Origin: Lytechinus pictus
Lineage: Eukaryota
DNA: 64,000 nt
NCBI RefSeq assembly: GCF_037042905.1
Contig: NW_026974140.1
Span: 14,012,001-14,076,000 of the forward strand
Direction: 5' to 3'
In this document: piece by piece, positions 47,401 to 60,656 of the stretch
Position numbering within the stretch: the first letter of the stretch is position 1
Layout of the letters: every line of letters begins with the position of its first letter
Notes under the pieces: model-generated
The model's input: only the letters and a program-made list of their open reading frames with translations
What the model was told of the DNA's origin: nothing
The model's database searches: none
Translations under genes and position numbers: made by a program

Positions 47401-49630
47401 AAAAGATCAATAAAAATATATATTTGCTTTCTGTTGAGTGAAAGTCTTATAACATTGACAAAATAATTAATTATTTGGTCATTTCAAATGCAGTCTTTAT
47501 AGCATTGACATAATAATTGGTTGATTGGTTATTTCAAATTTAGTCGAATAGGGAAGGCATTGTTGCCAAAAGATTTGTATAACGATAAAGTAAAGCCGAT
47601 GACCGGGGTATTATTGAAGTCTCAAGCACTTAAACAATGAATACTCTCCTGCTCACCAAATTTTACAGGCCGTCTATTCCTCATTATATATATATATATA
47701 TATATATATATTTCTCAAACATGCTAAAGGCATTTGTTTTCATTGCCGGATTCTTTCATTTGCAATAGATCCAGATCATTCTTCTTTTAAGGGGTAACAT
47801 GATTACATCATGACATGATTTATTGGAATAAGCATACCCAAATCTTCAGTCATATTTCATCACAGTGGCAACGCTCATAAGTGTACCCCAAAGCACAAAA
47901 CACTTTTGCTCGCTCTTTCGCGCGCTTTTCGACGATCATTGTTAAGCGAAAAGGGATGCCTCAGCATGGTTGCATCATTTGTGTCTGCATGATTTCAGAG
48001 GACGATGCCTAGTTCGCAGGTTTGATATTGGATTGTGTTTACAAGGAACCTATTGCACTGGTAGCGAATTATTTTTTCAGTGGATCGGGTTTTCAGAAGG
48101 AAAAAAAAATATTCAAGCTTTTTCAACGATAGTGTTTTGTGAGTAGAAAATTTTCCTTATTTTCTCATCTCTAATTCTCCTCTTCATCCTTATATTTCTT
48201 TTTTTCTTATTTTCCAATATTCCACTTCCTCACTCACTCTTCTTACTCTTCATTTTTAAAATCTTTTTTTCTCATTTGTTATTTTTACTTCCATTCCTTT
48301 CTTTTCTTCCTCTTCCTTTTCTTCTTCTACTTCTGCTTCTTCGTCATCTTTATCTTCTCAATTTCTAATTTTCTTCTTTTGAAGCAATGACATTTTTACG
48401 GACTTTTCCTTTTTAGAAAATTTCCTTTATTTTGCTTTATTAATTTATACCTTAATATCGTGTAAATTCTTTAGAGCTTGACATTAATTTCGTCATGCAT
48501 GTGTCTATAATGGTTCTTTTTAAATAATTTATCTTTTTAATTTCATTATAAAGATCAATGCCAGACATTTCAATCACTTAGTTTATAGGCAATTTCTGGC
48601 AATGAACCAACTCATTTGAGCTGATTTTTAATTTTCTTGATTACGATCCACAGGAAATAGCCACTTGCTGTGACCACTTTTGATATTCATAATTTGGATT
48701 GTTTCAAATTTCAGTTTCACAAAAATAATGAAAGAAATGTATTGTTTTTATCATTTAACTTCCACATCGTATGAAAATCAATTACCAGTATCCGCCTTTC
48801 TCTGAAAGTATCAATAAAAACAATATGAACAACTAAAATTACATAAATTACATTGTGTTTATCAATCTTTCTGTATGAAGATATAATTTCATAATAAAAG
48901 CATGAAAACTACTATATACATGACTTGTGTACGAATAAAAAATTTTGTTGTGACTATTTCAATAACGAAATTCGTATGAAAAGAGAAACTAAATAAATGT
49001 ATTGAATTACAAATATAACCAATGAAAATAAGTTTTCAATAACTAGATTCTATAGTGAAAAGATAAATCAATAATAGTACGAAAGTGTTTCAAAGATCTG
49101 ATGTAACTCAAAGGGGAATAAGTTTTGAACGAAGTACTGTCCGGCAGGAAACTTTCTATCATTTCAGAAATTTGTTTCTACCAATTATAGTCCCAAACAA
49201 CCTTAATTCTATTAGGAATGAGCAAAGCGAACGAGGAAAACCAATGACTTTTACATAATATCTGAACTATATTGCATGCTATCTGTCATAAAGTTTCAGA
49301 TTGTGCACCCAATATTTATTTTTGAAAAACTTTTTCACTGCTAGATATAATCTAATTTGTTCCATCATCTGCCACAAAAGATTATCTTGTTATCATGTCT
49401 TTCTCCCATTTTTTTTCTTTCTTTGATATAAAAAGAGAAAAAGAATGAAAAATAATGTGATTTTCATTCTGTAAAATTTTCTGTAGGAATATAACTCATC
49501 TATATTTTGTCCCTTGATTCCCCATGTATCTGCAAAAAACCCAAATATCTTTGTTCTTTATTTTGTTTCTTTGCTTTGTTTATTTACCTTTTTCCCTCTA
49601 ATTGCTTTTGATTATTATCAGGAAATTTCT

Positions 49631-49973
49631 CCGGGGAGGGAGGCAGTCAAATATATTGCTGTACACATGTGTGACCCCAAAAAAACGCAATCGCTTGGTC
49701 AAACGTATTTAGGGTTTGATTGTGATTCAAAAGCTTTCTTTTAAGACTAGCCAAACGTGTTCAGGGTATGTTTTTCCCCCACAAGCTTTTTCCCGGGGTC
49801 ATATTCTGGCGACAACTTGTTTAGGGGCCAAAAAAATGTGTAAATAAAGTCCCCCATAAAACTTGTTTAGGGGGTAGTTTTGCACACAGAGAAAAACTCG
49901 TTTAGGGGATGTTTGGAAATAATTTGGTCACGCATGTGTACATCAATACGTTTGACTGCCCCCATCCAGGGGG
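49631..49973. mobile_element. MITE with GGCAGTCAAA..TGTACACATG TIRs
   Basis: Imperfect terminal inverted repeats; internal GTTTAGGGG repeats. Confidence 0.65.
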
Positions 49974-50107
49974 TGTTTCTATTCTGTACATTTCCGAGAA
50001 GGGTTATGAATTTTCTCTACTCTGTCTCATCATTTTCTACAACAGAATAATTAATTTCCTTGTTTTATTTCTTATTTCATTTCCATTACCATCGATGTAT
50101 CCTTGAT

Positions 50108-50328
50108 CATCATTGTGGTTCATTGGTAGAGCGTCTGACTCATGTACGTGAGGTCGTGGGTTCGATTCCTTCCTGAATCGTACCACATATACCTCAGAAA
50201 ACGGACCTTCTTTTTGTCAGGCGCTCAACATATGAGAAGAGATAGGGTAATAATGATCATGATGATACGCAAAGTCCGCTAGGAGAAAAGTTCATAATGA
50301 GCTTAACCCGCTACCCTGGTAGATAATA
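50108..50328 (+). mobile_element. tRNA-derived SINE
   Basis: A box TGGTTCATTGG (50116) and B box GGTTCGATTCC (50159); no acceptor stem; body ends GCTACCCTGG. Confidence 0.75.
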
Positions 50329-51428
50329 GCAAGGATTGAAAATGTGTGTGTGTGCGTGTGGGGGGGGGGGGTCAGCAGTTAGGCTATATACAGTATAAGC
50401 TGTGATTTAGCGCGTGAGTGAATGTGAGTCTTGATTATCACATGCGGCCTATAAAATTAAAGGCCAAAAGAGGCCCAGTGAAATGGAGAAATAAAATTAG
50501 TATGAAAAATAATGATATGTCATGATAAAATCACTTCAACAAAACGGAGACCAGCCTTAATATTGATCACAAAAATACACTGTCAAATTATATACAATAT
50601 ATATTGCTTTGTTAGTGTTTTTTTTTTTAATTAGACATCCTTTTTCTTTAAAACAACAGAGACTTAAGGAGCAATTTCGATTATTTTGTACTTGGAAAAA
50701 GTCATGTTTTCCATTTCCTTTTTCAGACTCGCGATAAGCCTGAAAATCGTTGAAATTAATATAACTTTTATTGGTTTTGTGCATATGGAAAGTCGCATTT
50801 CAAGATGATTTCTTTCATATCTTGGGTGGATCTGTCACCAAAATGTAATTAAATATGGAGTCAATCAAAAATTATATGAAATTTCAAAGAGCTTACATAC
50901 AAATCAGACGATTCTTTAACCCTCTTGTAATATCGATCGAATTATTATTATCGATTCTTTAGTGTCCATGGCAACACGATATATCATTTCCTTGTTAAAT
51001 AATCTTCTCGCGATCGTCTGAGACTTGAGGATGAAGATGATCTGAGTAAAATGGGTCATGTTTATTCAGAATCCTGCCAGGTAGCAAACCTTCCTTCTGT
51101 TCAAATTGTGTGGCATAAAGGATATTTTTAGAAATAGATCAGCGAAATTATAATCTAGCATTGAATCTTATGTCCCCGAATCTGTTTGGTGGCAAAAGTG
51201 GATTATGAATTTCTGTATTAGAATTCACGTAAATATATCTTTTATCTGAAAATGGATGGTTTTTATTTGCTTATATTATTATCGCAAATAATCATCCTTA
51301 CTAAAAGTTTTAATAAGTAGAATTCCCAACCTTATTTTCTATATCTTTCTTTTCAGTGGTAAACGAAGGGGTGGTACTACACGGTAAAAACGCTGTTTGA
51401 CATATGAACTTTACTGTAGTTGCTTTAA

Positions 51429-51991
51429 AGGGATGATCTGGAAATATTCATATCTTAATAAATAGAGTAAAATTCACAGAACAAAATGCTGAAAACTTGA
51501 TCAAAATCGGATTACAAATAACAAAGTTATTGAATTTTAAAGATTTTGCATTATTCCGTTGAAACAGTTCTAGGCATGTCCTTTTGAATATTCAATGAGC
51601 AAACTGATGATGTCATATCCCCACTTGTTATTTTGTATATTATTATAATATATGAAATGAGGTTTATTTAAAAAAATACCAAGAACTAAAACAATTTGAT
51701 TGATAACTGATGAAGTGCATTAATTATTTATTGCTGCAACTTATTTCATTATAATGGAGATACATCATTTACAAAAGAAAAAGGAAAGTGGGGATGTGAC
51801 ATCATCAGCCCACCTGATGGAATATTCATGATGACGTGCAAATAATTGTTTCCAAAGAATATGACTAAACTTTAATTTTCAATCACTTCGTTATTTGTTA
51901 TCCGCGGTTTTGATGTAAATTTTCAGCATTTTGCTCTATGAATTTTACTCTATTTATTTTGATATAAATATCTTCAGCCCGGAGTATCCCT
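51429..51991. mobile_element. Kolobok/T2-like MITE family B, second copy
   Basis: TTAA-AGGGATG start, CAGCCCGGAGTATCCCT end; homologous to 11720..12297. Confidence 0.88.
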
Positions 51992-53397
51992 TTCAATCTT
52001 TCATAACAAAGTATAGTTTTTATGTTCAATCTCCAATTGTTTAAAATGGTATTACTAAAGCTCATATAGTAAACAGCGTTATATGAAAAAAATGAAACAT
52101 ATTAATGTAAACAAATATGAGACGACAGTCGCGTATTATATTTCAAGTAGTAAAAAGAAGAGAGGAAAAAGAAGAGAGAGAAGGGGACACTAAGTAAAAG
52201 GCTAAAAGAGGAAAGAAAAGTACTTTACAAAATAGAAATATTTGTTTTGCTAATTAATAGGAAAGCCTAAGCCGTATATGCGTATATACCATGGGAGGAT
52301 GGGAATTAAGTGAAATATGTGATCTTGTATATGGAACGTTATTTGGTAAAAGAAAAGGAATAATGATAGAACTCACATACAATTTCCCCTTTTCAACACG
52401 GGAGCTTAATTGTTATTTAAACGTAACTATGGTTTTATAACAACAGCAGATTAATCCTGTAATAATTGGTAATTGATGGCAATCTCAACGTGTAAAATAA
52501 TTTTGATCAGTCACACCAAGAAGACCTACTCCAAACCGAACGATGATATGCCATTCGAAATAACGTAATACCTTTGATTGGTCTGGATTCAGTTTCTGGG
52601 TGTGACTGAAGCATTTTTTATAAAACCGAATGCTCCTCTACTCATAATTTCTCTTTGCAATCAGGGGCTATCTGACGCACTCTGGGTGAGATGATTGAGC
52701 ACCATTAATCTGCGTTATGTTTTCAAAGATCATGTCAATATTTGTCATAACGCTTGATTATCATCTATCATCCGCTCCTCTCACGGGATCACATTGTATG
52801 TTATTATGAACTGGTGTCATAACACATGAATGGAAGTCATATTACATTGGTCGCAGTCAGCTAGATAATGTTATGGTAAGGTATACATCAGTAGTCTATG
52901 ATACTCGATGCCCTTAATGCAGATGTATAGGCCTATATATTAAAATTCGTTTGTAAGCCTATGTCTTTTTTGGAAACAATCTAGTGTGGTTTTGTTAATA
53001 TAAAGTTATATTTATTTAAGTTTCAAACAAAACCTATTAATTCATCTTTGGATATCTACCTATATGAGCTTCATTCTGTTTTGGAAGTTTTAGATTTTGA
53101 AATTTGTATGTACTTGTCATGACATAGGCTACAAATGGACAAATGCATAGGGATTTATTTATTGCATGGCAGTGATTTTGTAGTTACTTAAAATTCAAAT
53201 CGAATAATCAACTACGCCAATCTAGGAAAACACTCTAAGACTTCAAGATGCATGGGGGGTGGGGCAATCTGCATCCACATTTTTTTATGACTGGTAAATT
53301 AGCAGATTTTCTAGTTTTCTTTTCGCTCGCTACGCCTGATCGATGTAAATTCAGGGCCAGTTTAGATGATCGCATATCGTTCGCAATGATAATAGTA

Positions 53398-53658
53398 CAC
53401 TGTAAAAAATATTGGGTAAAATTTTAACCAGCATGAGGGTAATTTTGTGTTCAACCCATTTGGGGCAGTATTTTACCCAATGCCTGGAAGCATATTGTCC
53501 AGTAAGTAAAAAATGATAATAATAAGCAGTAATTACCTTAGAATGGGCAAAAATTTCATCACACTGGATAAATCAAAATGCCCAAAAAGAAATGCCCATT
53601 GTTGGTTGGACACATTATTACCCTCACGGAGCATTTTTATCCAATATTTTTTAGAGTG
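53398..53658. mobile_element. CACT-ended MITE (EnSpm/CMC-like)
   Basis: CACTGTAAAAAATATTGGGTAAAA / TTTTATCCAATATTTTTTAGAGTG. Confidence 0.8.
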
Positions 53659-53660
53659 CA

Positions 53661-53871
53661 CACTCTAAAAACACTGAATAAAATTTTACCCAATATTGGG
53701 TAAAAGGGAACATGCATGCATGTTTGCTGGGTAATTTTGTTTTACCCCATATTTGGCTATTTTAACGCAACATTTCGTAAAATTTACAAAATATTTGGTA
53801 TCTTTTTACCCATTAACCAACATGCATGTTCCCATTTTACCCAATACTGGGTAAACCTTTTTTTTAGAGTG
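53661..53871. mobile_element. Second CACT-ended MITE abutting the first
   Basis: CACTCTAAAAA / TTTTTAGAGTG; internal TTTACCCAATATTGGGTAAAA palindromes. Confidence 0.8.
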
Positions 53872-56800
53872 TAGGCCTATACAAATTTTCTAAATGGCAA
53901 AATATAACATTTCCAAAAGAAAGTACTTTTTGTCCATACTCGCTGTAGAATGACATAAACAAAAAGGTGGCGCAGGTTGATTTCGGAAAGCAAGCAAATC
54001 TGATCAAGACAATCTGATCGGACTAATATAATGCATATAATGTCTTATGCGTATATTGTTCAGATGATGAAAATGGGTTTGATCACTTTTTACATCTAAA
54101 TTGATGTTAATTCCGAAGCAGTATAGGTGGACCCAACCAAATACATAAATCAGATTGATGCCCATGCGGCATTTACATACTATAAAATACTCTAATTTAA
54201 ACAGTATGGATTTAAATAATATTTCAGATCGACTAGTGACCAATGGAATTCAGGATTAATTTGAATCCTTATTCATAAAATAACAAAGATTTCATTTTTT
54301 ATTCTCACGATATTTATTGTCTTATACGCCTCGATGAGAAAAAATGGCAGACAGGTGGTTGTAGAAGACTTGTAACAGCATGGCACTTTTTTTTTGCTCA
54401 TCCCTTGATTAATCCTATAATGAGACATTGATATAAAAACGACACGCTGTGCATCCTGTTGAGAGTGTGCGTAGAAACACTGATAATCCAAGGACATTTG
54501 CAGAGCAGATTGTTTAATCCCACATGTTCCTGTATTCTTCACATAATAGTTGGAGGCATGGGAGAATGGTGAGTTTGATTGAAGATAAAGTTCTATTTTG
54601 TTGAGATACTAGCTTCGAATGTTTATCAGAAAGGAAGATCAATTCGAATTATTATAGACGCTGACTTGACTTGATGACGCTGGTAACAAAACTAAAACAT
54701 GACAGCAGTTGGCAATTTTGTGTTATTTATTGCATGTATATAGTGCTACTGCTGCTATTATGATGATAACGATGATGACGAAGACGACGGTGACAATAAT
54801 ATGATACCGACATAATGTTGATGATATGCCAGTAGAGTTATGAGACAAAAGTTTTGAGGGGAAGAACAGGCCTACGTACGGGGGGGGGGGGGTTACTTGT
54901 AAACAGCGAGACAGTGAGTTAAAACTTGACATTTTGAATATAAATTGTGATGAATTTTAACATTAACATCCTAATGATTTCAGATTTTTACCCTTCCATG
55001 CCTTACTTTTTCTTGAAGTTTTCTCCTTTTTTTTTCTTTCGGTCGTGGAACATGGGGGGGGGGGGTGTAACCGTGAATGACTCATGCCTGCCTCATCTGT
55101 ACCACAGTGTGTGTTGAGGAGGACGATATTATTATGACAATGGTCATAAAGATAAAGTCACACGACGATTATAAAAATGCTGCTGATTATGTTGTTGATG
55201 ATGATAATACTACTGCTGGTGGTGGCGATGATGAGGAGGAGGATGGCAACATTGACTTATTCAGTCAAATGGATTTTCAGTATCAATATTTTGTTAAATA
55301 TACATTGTTTAGTCTATAACAGAATGTCATCTTGTCATGTCTTTATATCAGTCACATCGAACTTGTAGCCCGAAGGTGACACATGATAATGTGTCATGGT
55401 ATTTAAAGGTGTACGTCAAGTCACCGTTCAAGGTATGTAGGCAAGGCTTATTATAATTATGAAGTCATATCGTTATGCATGCTGAGATCAGGGGTATTTT
55501 GATAGGAGGGGGGGACGACTGACTCAACTGAATAACAGGTGTAATTAGAGTTACGCGACATATCGCTCTTTATGTCTATATTCTCTATGTCTTTTACTTC
55601 ATCTTTCCTCTCCTTTCTCCTGTTTGTTTGTATTTATTTCCATATAAAAAGAGTAAAACAAATCATATATCATAAAAATATAAGATCAGTACTGATCTTC
55701 CATGGGTCTTTTTATTCATTACTTGAAAAATCATAGAGGGTGGTCGCCCCCCCCCCCCCCCACGTGGCGCCGCTTCTTCCCTTTTCAGTTGATGTAAATA
55801 AATGTAATTTAAAAGAGATAGACTTCACTTATTTTCCTTTAATTATGTCAATGTTTTTGTAATATGGAAAGGTAAGGGCAAAGGGGCAACGACTCCATAA
55901 GATTTTTCAAGTAGTGGGGGAGGTGAAAATAAAGAAGAAAAAGAAGAAAGCGGTCTAGAGATTACACCGTCAATCAAAAATGACGTTACCTTTATGTTGT
56001 CTTGCCCTTATCGAAACACTCTTACGCTGCCCCTGTGCATTGTGTTACTAAAATGTTAGAATAGAGCGTATACGATTACATGTATTTGTACTTTTGTAAA
56101 ATTGTTGGGAACTTTCTAAAGCTAACTACTATTTTAGCTCATTTCTTAAGCCGTGCGTATAACTTTAATTAAAATTTACACTTCTGAGAACAGTGGTGTT
56201 GAAACGACATTGATTATAGACACAAAGCATTACATGGTGTTGAATTTATAGTGTTACTTGTGTAAGTATAACACATTTTGTTTGTTGTTTCAATACTGTT
56301 TTGCGTTGTGTTCAATCATGGTGTATTTTGAACACCTGTCTTCAACGTTATTTTGAAGTTAAGTTTGTTTCCTCGTTTCTTTCCATAATTATTCGCAGCT
56401 TAATAAAACACATATAGGCCCTAAATGAATTGCTAAATATAGGCATAATATATAGATCTCTTTCTACGCAGTCATATATCTTCCTGAACCTAAACGAGGC
56501 AATTGATTGCCTATTTTCTCGTAACCCATGTTTCGTTTCAAATTGCATTTCAATCAAGCAATCCCCCTTTCTATCAAACTGCCTTCTAATTAATGCTCTT
56601 ATTTTCAACTTAAAACTCCAATCTACCGACCATATAAAAATAAGTGAATGTCCGTTGTGCTTTGACACTACTTCTAGTCTATCTCATTTGCCAAGTGGAA
56701 TTCAATTTCCAATAAGCCAAACGAAAAGGACGATAGGTTTTCTTTCTTTGAAAGTATTCTGACCTACCGTTATATACATGTATAAATGCACTTTATTCGT

Positions 56801-59800
56801 TCGACTCCAGTCATACTTTTATCCTCAGTATAACCCAATTTGAATGCATGAAATACTCGTTTCCGATACAGCCATTATTTCATTTTGTATAATTATGAAC
56901 CGTTGAGTGATGAACTTGGCATGCCAACTCATGAAATAAGAAGTCAATCCAAATTGCAATTATTTACGAATATCTTTTACGTTTGTATGACCTAATAGAT
57001 GTATACATTATCAGATAAAGAAAAATTAGTCGATAGGTCGATACATGGGTACAGAATACAATGTCAGCTTGAACAATAGCTTACATTATTGGTGGGGTCG
57101 CCGCCCCCCCCCCCCCCGCCTACCCTGACTCTGAGAAAAACTTGATATGGTTTAAATGGTTAACATTTGGAATTGTTTATAGGTATATCTGTCACTATAT
57201 TCGTCGAAAATGTTTGCTTTATTTGCTCGCAACTGTTAAGTTATTCCATACGTCATGTTCTAACCCATTAGTACGCCACTGATCTTGAACACTATCCGGT
57301 GAATGTTTTTCGTAACTTTTAAGTAGGCCTACGTGGTTCTTTATTTATATATAAAAATATACGTAAAAATACGATAGGAAAAAGAAACAGTTGAAAATTC
57401 TATTATTTCTCATTTATTTTCTTTCAAACGCTTAACCACGAATTTGAAGGGTTTAAAATAGATATGTTTGAACCTGACTATCCCGTGAAACAGTGTCTTT
57501 ATGTCGTTTGTGTTTTGTGTGACCGGGGTGTTGCTATTGCAAGACCATGCAGGAGCGAAGTAATATTGGAAAGTTATCCTTATAACGAAAAAACCCGAAA
57601 CCAATCAAAAGCTCATGATCGCTTTCAAACTGAAAAACGAGAGGATAAGCACATGCATTGGAACAATCAAAGTGCACTCGGTATCATTACTACAATATGA
57701 ATATAAGAACGTGAAGAAGGGACATGAGAAATGTGTGTGAGAGAGCGAAAGAAAGGTCCGATTGACGACAGCCCGGATAAAAAGTTTTAAGAGGGGGGGG
57801 GGTTAAAAGTGAAAGATAAATAATGAGAAAGAAAGATGGTAGAGGGAGAGAAAGGAAATGTAAGAGATATCATAGAAAGGCAAGGAAAGGGAAAAGAAAG
57901 AGAAAAAAAGCGAGAAAGATGTTGAATAAAATTAGAGTAACTGGTGCAATGGGGGGGAGGGGGTATTACTGAAATAAAGTGAGGGAGGAGACCATGGTTT
58001 CAGATAAACTAATGTTAATTAGGATAAATCCTGTTAGCTGGTTATAGGAGACAGTTCATTTGTATAGGTAGACAGATAAATGAAATAACTATACAATTTG
58101 AAAAATAACAACGAACAAAATAAAAATAAGTAATGGATGAATTTCGAGGAAATTGCCGCCGGTTATCAATTTTGCAATTTTCAGAAACAAAATAATAGTT
58201 CAAATTCTGTTCTCGCGAATAGATTTTTTTAACCTAATCGATATTGTTATATTTAGATAAAATAGAGCACGAAAAATATATATGTTACCATTATTATACA
58301 TTGGCACATCTATCCGTTATACGAGACAGTGGCACGGATATAGTCTCTCCGTGATTTAGCCTGACAGTGAAATCCCATACGGTAGGGGAAAAAATGTATG
58401 ATTAACATAATCAAATTAACCAAAAAATAATAATTCTAGATTGAAAATTTTGGCTTTTTCTTTGATTTTGAAAAGCAAGTATGGTTGAATTAGCACTAAG
58501 TGGTTTTATCACTTCGACAATAAAATATGTCGCTGGATGTCTGTTAAAAGTGGTAGATTAAAGTGTAGAGTTGGGTGGGTCGACCCCTCAACCCCCCCCC
58601 CCCCCTTTCCTGGCGTGGACTTTTTTTTTCTCCCATTTTATTGTTAATTAGAAAATTGTGATTAAGACTTTTCTCCTCAAATAAATTAAACAAATATGTT
58701 TGGTCCTACTGCTCCCCTCCAGGTTACGAGGCGATGCCAACCCCCCCCCCCCCCATTATTTCCAGTATCTACTCTCCCACTTCCAATATGATGCGGTGCT
58801 CGTGGGCACAGTTCATTTCGTATATGAGTTCATGCAAGTTTTAATAGAATCGTACCTTTCTTTGGATAGGTTTCACTGACAGAACCAGGTCATCACCAAA
58901 GAGCTTCCGAGAATCGCTTTCTACAGACTGAAAGAAATTCGTGAGAAATAAGCGAAAATGTCATATTGTATAATTGTATATTGAAGATATTGTATAATAG
59001 AGAGGGGGAACAGAGACGATGGGACGACAGGAGGATTTAAAAAAAAGCAGAGGGATGGATGAGCGTTGACATAGCATCAACAAGGAAGGAAAAAATCGAG
59101 TAGGGGAAAACGAATAGGCCCCTTCCCCAAACAAACAAATAAACAAGCAAAACAATACAAAGCAAAAACAAAACAAAAGAGAGAGTGCTTTAGAAATTCA
59201 AGTAAAATTGCAACCATGCCTGTATTATAACCATATTCTTATTGCTTACTTTTTTGTACCTTTTTTAAACTTTCAAACGATAAGGAGCAGTTTACATCTG
59301 CAGAAATTTACTACAAATAAACAATATATTTCACTGGAAAGCCTAATTGCGTATAAATTGCAATTCTTAATAAATTTAAATCTAAATACACGTGCCTGGA
59401 AAGACTATTTTTGACATTCAGTCATCCAAAAGAAATATTTCAAGAAGAACAATCCATTTTTATAATTCAAGAAAAATCCATGTAGTCAGAAGACAGTCAT
59501 AATGCTTTTCTTCCAACTGCTTTATAGAGGTCATGATTTAGTAAAAGTTACAGAGATAGAGATTTCGAGAGAAAATATCCAAAAAAAATTAGTTCTTAAA
59601 ATGCTTTAAACAACAAGCCATCAGCTCGCAACTAGTATTCATGAGAAAATAAGTCGTAGAGTGTTGAACAAAGCAATCGAGGGTCGATTTGAGAGGAGAC
59701 TATGAAAGAAATCACTCCGAGGATCATTCGAAAATCCATCGTTGATTTCTTCTAACTCTTTTCGATATAATCACTCTAAGAAGCACGTTTCATGGATAAA

Positions 59801-60499
59801 CTTTGGATCTATCATGTCTCATTCATGAAGGATCACCAAGGATTTTAATTAGTGTTTCCTCTATACTCCTCCCCCAAATGTATTGATTTCTTGTTTTGCT
59901 GCTCAATTCATTTTAAATCATGTACACCTCTCCGTTGAGATGTGTATTTTCTGCTCATTCAAATAGGTAACTTGATATTTAAGTAACATTTTGTACACGT
60001 AGGAGTGGATCCAAGGTGTCAGAGATTAATGATTTTTATTTTGAAAGGCTCTCGCTACCATCAATCGTGTTTCGCCAAAACGAGACAGGCAAACAAGAAC
60101 AAAGTCTATTGCTCCTTCTAGCAATCAAACAATGAAGGGTGGTGATTTCGTTCCAGGTCTGTTCCTACTTTCATCTTAAAAAGGTAATACAATAGGGGCA
60201 ATATTTATCGCAGGGTACTAAATGTTTGCAAATTTTAATGAAAAGGAAGCAAACTTCCACTGTACCCCCCCCCCCCCCCTCTTCCCGGCCAGATAATTTT
60301 CTTAAGGCAGGAATACTGACAACACTTAGTGTCTTTCGAATATATCAGATACCCATAAATAGAAACCATCAGAAAGAAAAGGGCATCAGAAGTATACCAG
60401 GTCGGTACTGAACCTACAACCTCCGAAAATAATGGTTAGACCGCTTGACCGCGGAGCCTCTCGATTTTTCTTTTTGGAATATGTTCAATAACTGATCTG

Positions 60500-60656
60500 G
60501 GGCCCGTTTCATAAAGGACTTGCAACTGTTGTAACTTTGCCATTATGGCAACTACCATGGCGACCTTTATTATGATTGGCTGCTGAGCCCTGTTAACATG
60601 GTAGTTGCCATTATGGCAAAGTTACAACAGTTGCAAATCCTTTATGAAACGGGCCC
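60500..60656. mobile_element. Harbinger-like MITE (family of 789..945)
   Basis: Same TIRs; flanks CTG and CAG; internal part inverted relative to the first copy. Confidence 0.88.

Noticed and set aside
50108-50180. Possible tRNA gene
   Set aside because: A and B boxes are present, but there is no acceptor-stem pairing and it continues into a SINE body.
56348-56668. ORF with FRKIYDCVER, resembling a LINE RT motif
   Set aside because: Single weak motif; no other RT motifs found nearby.
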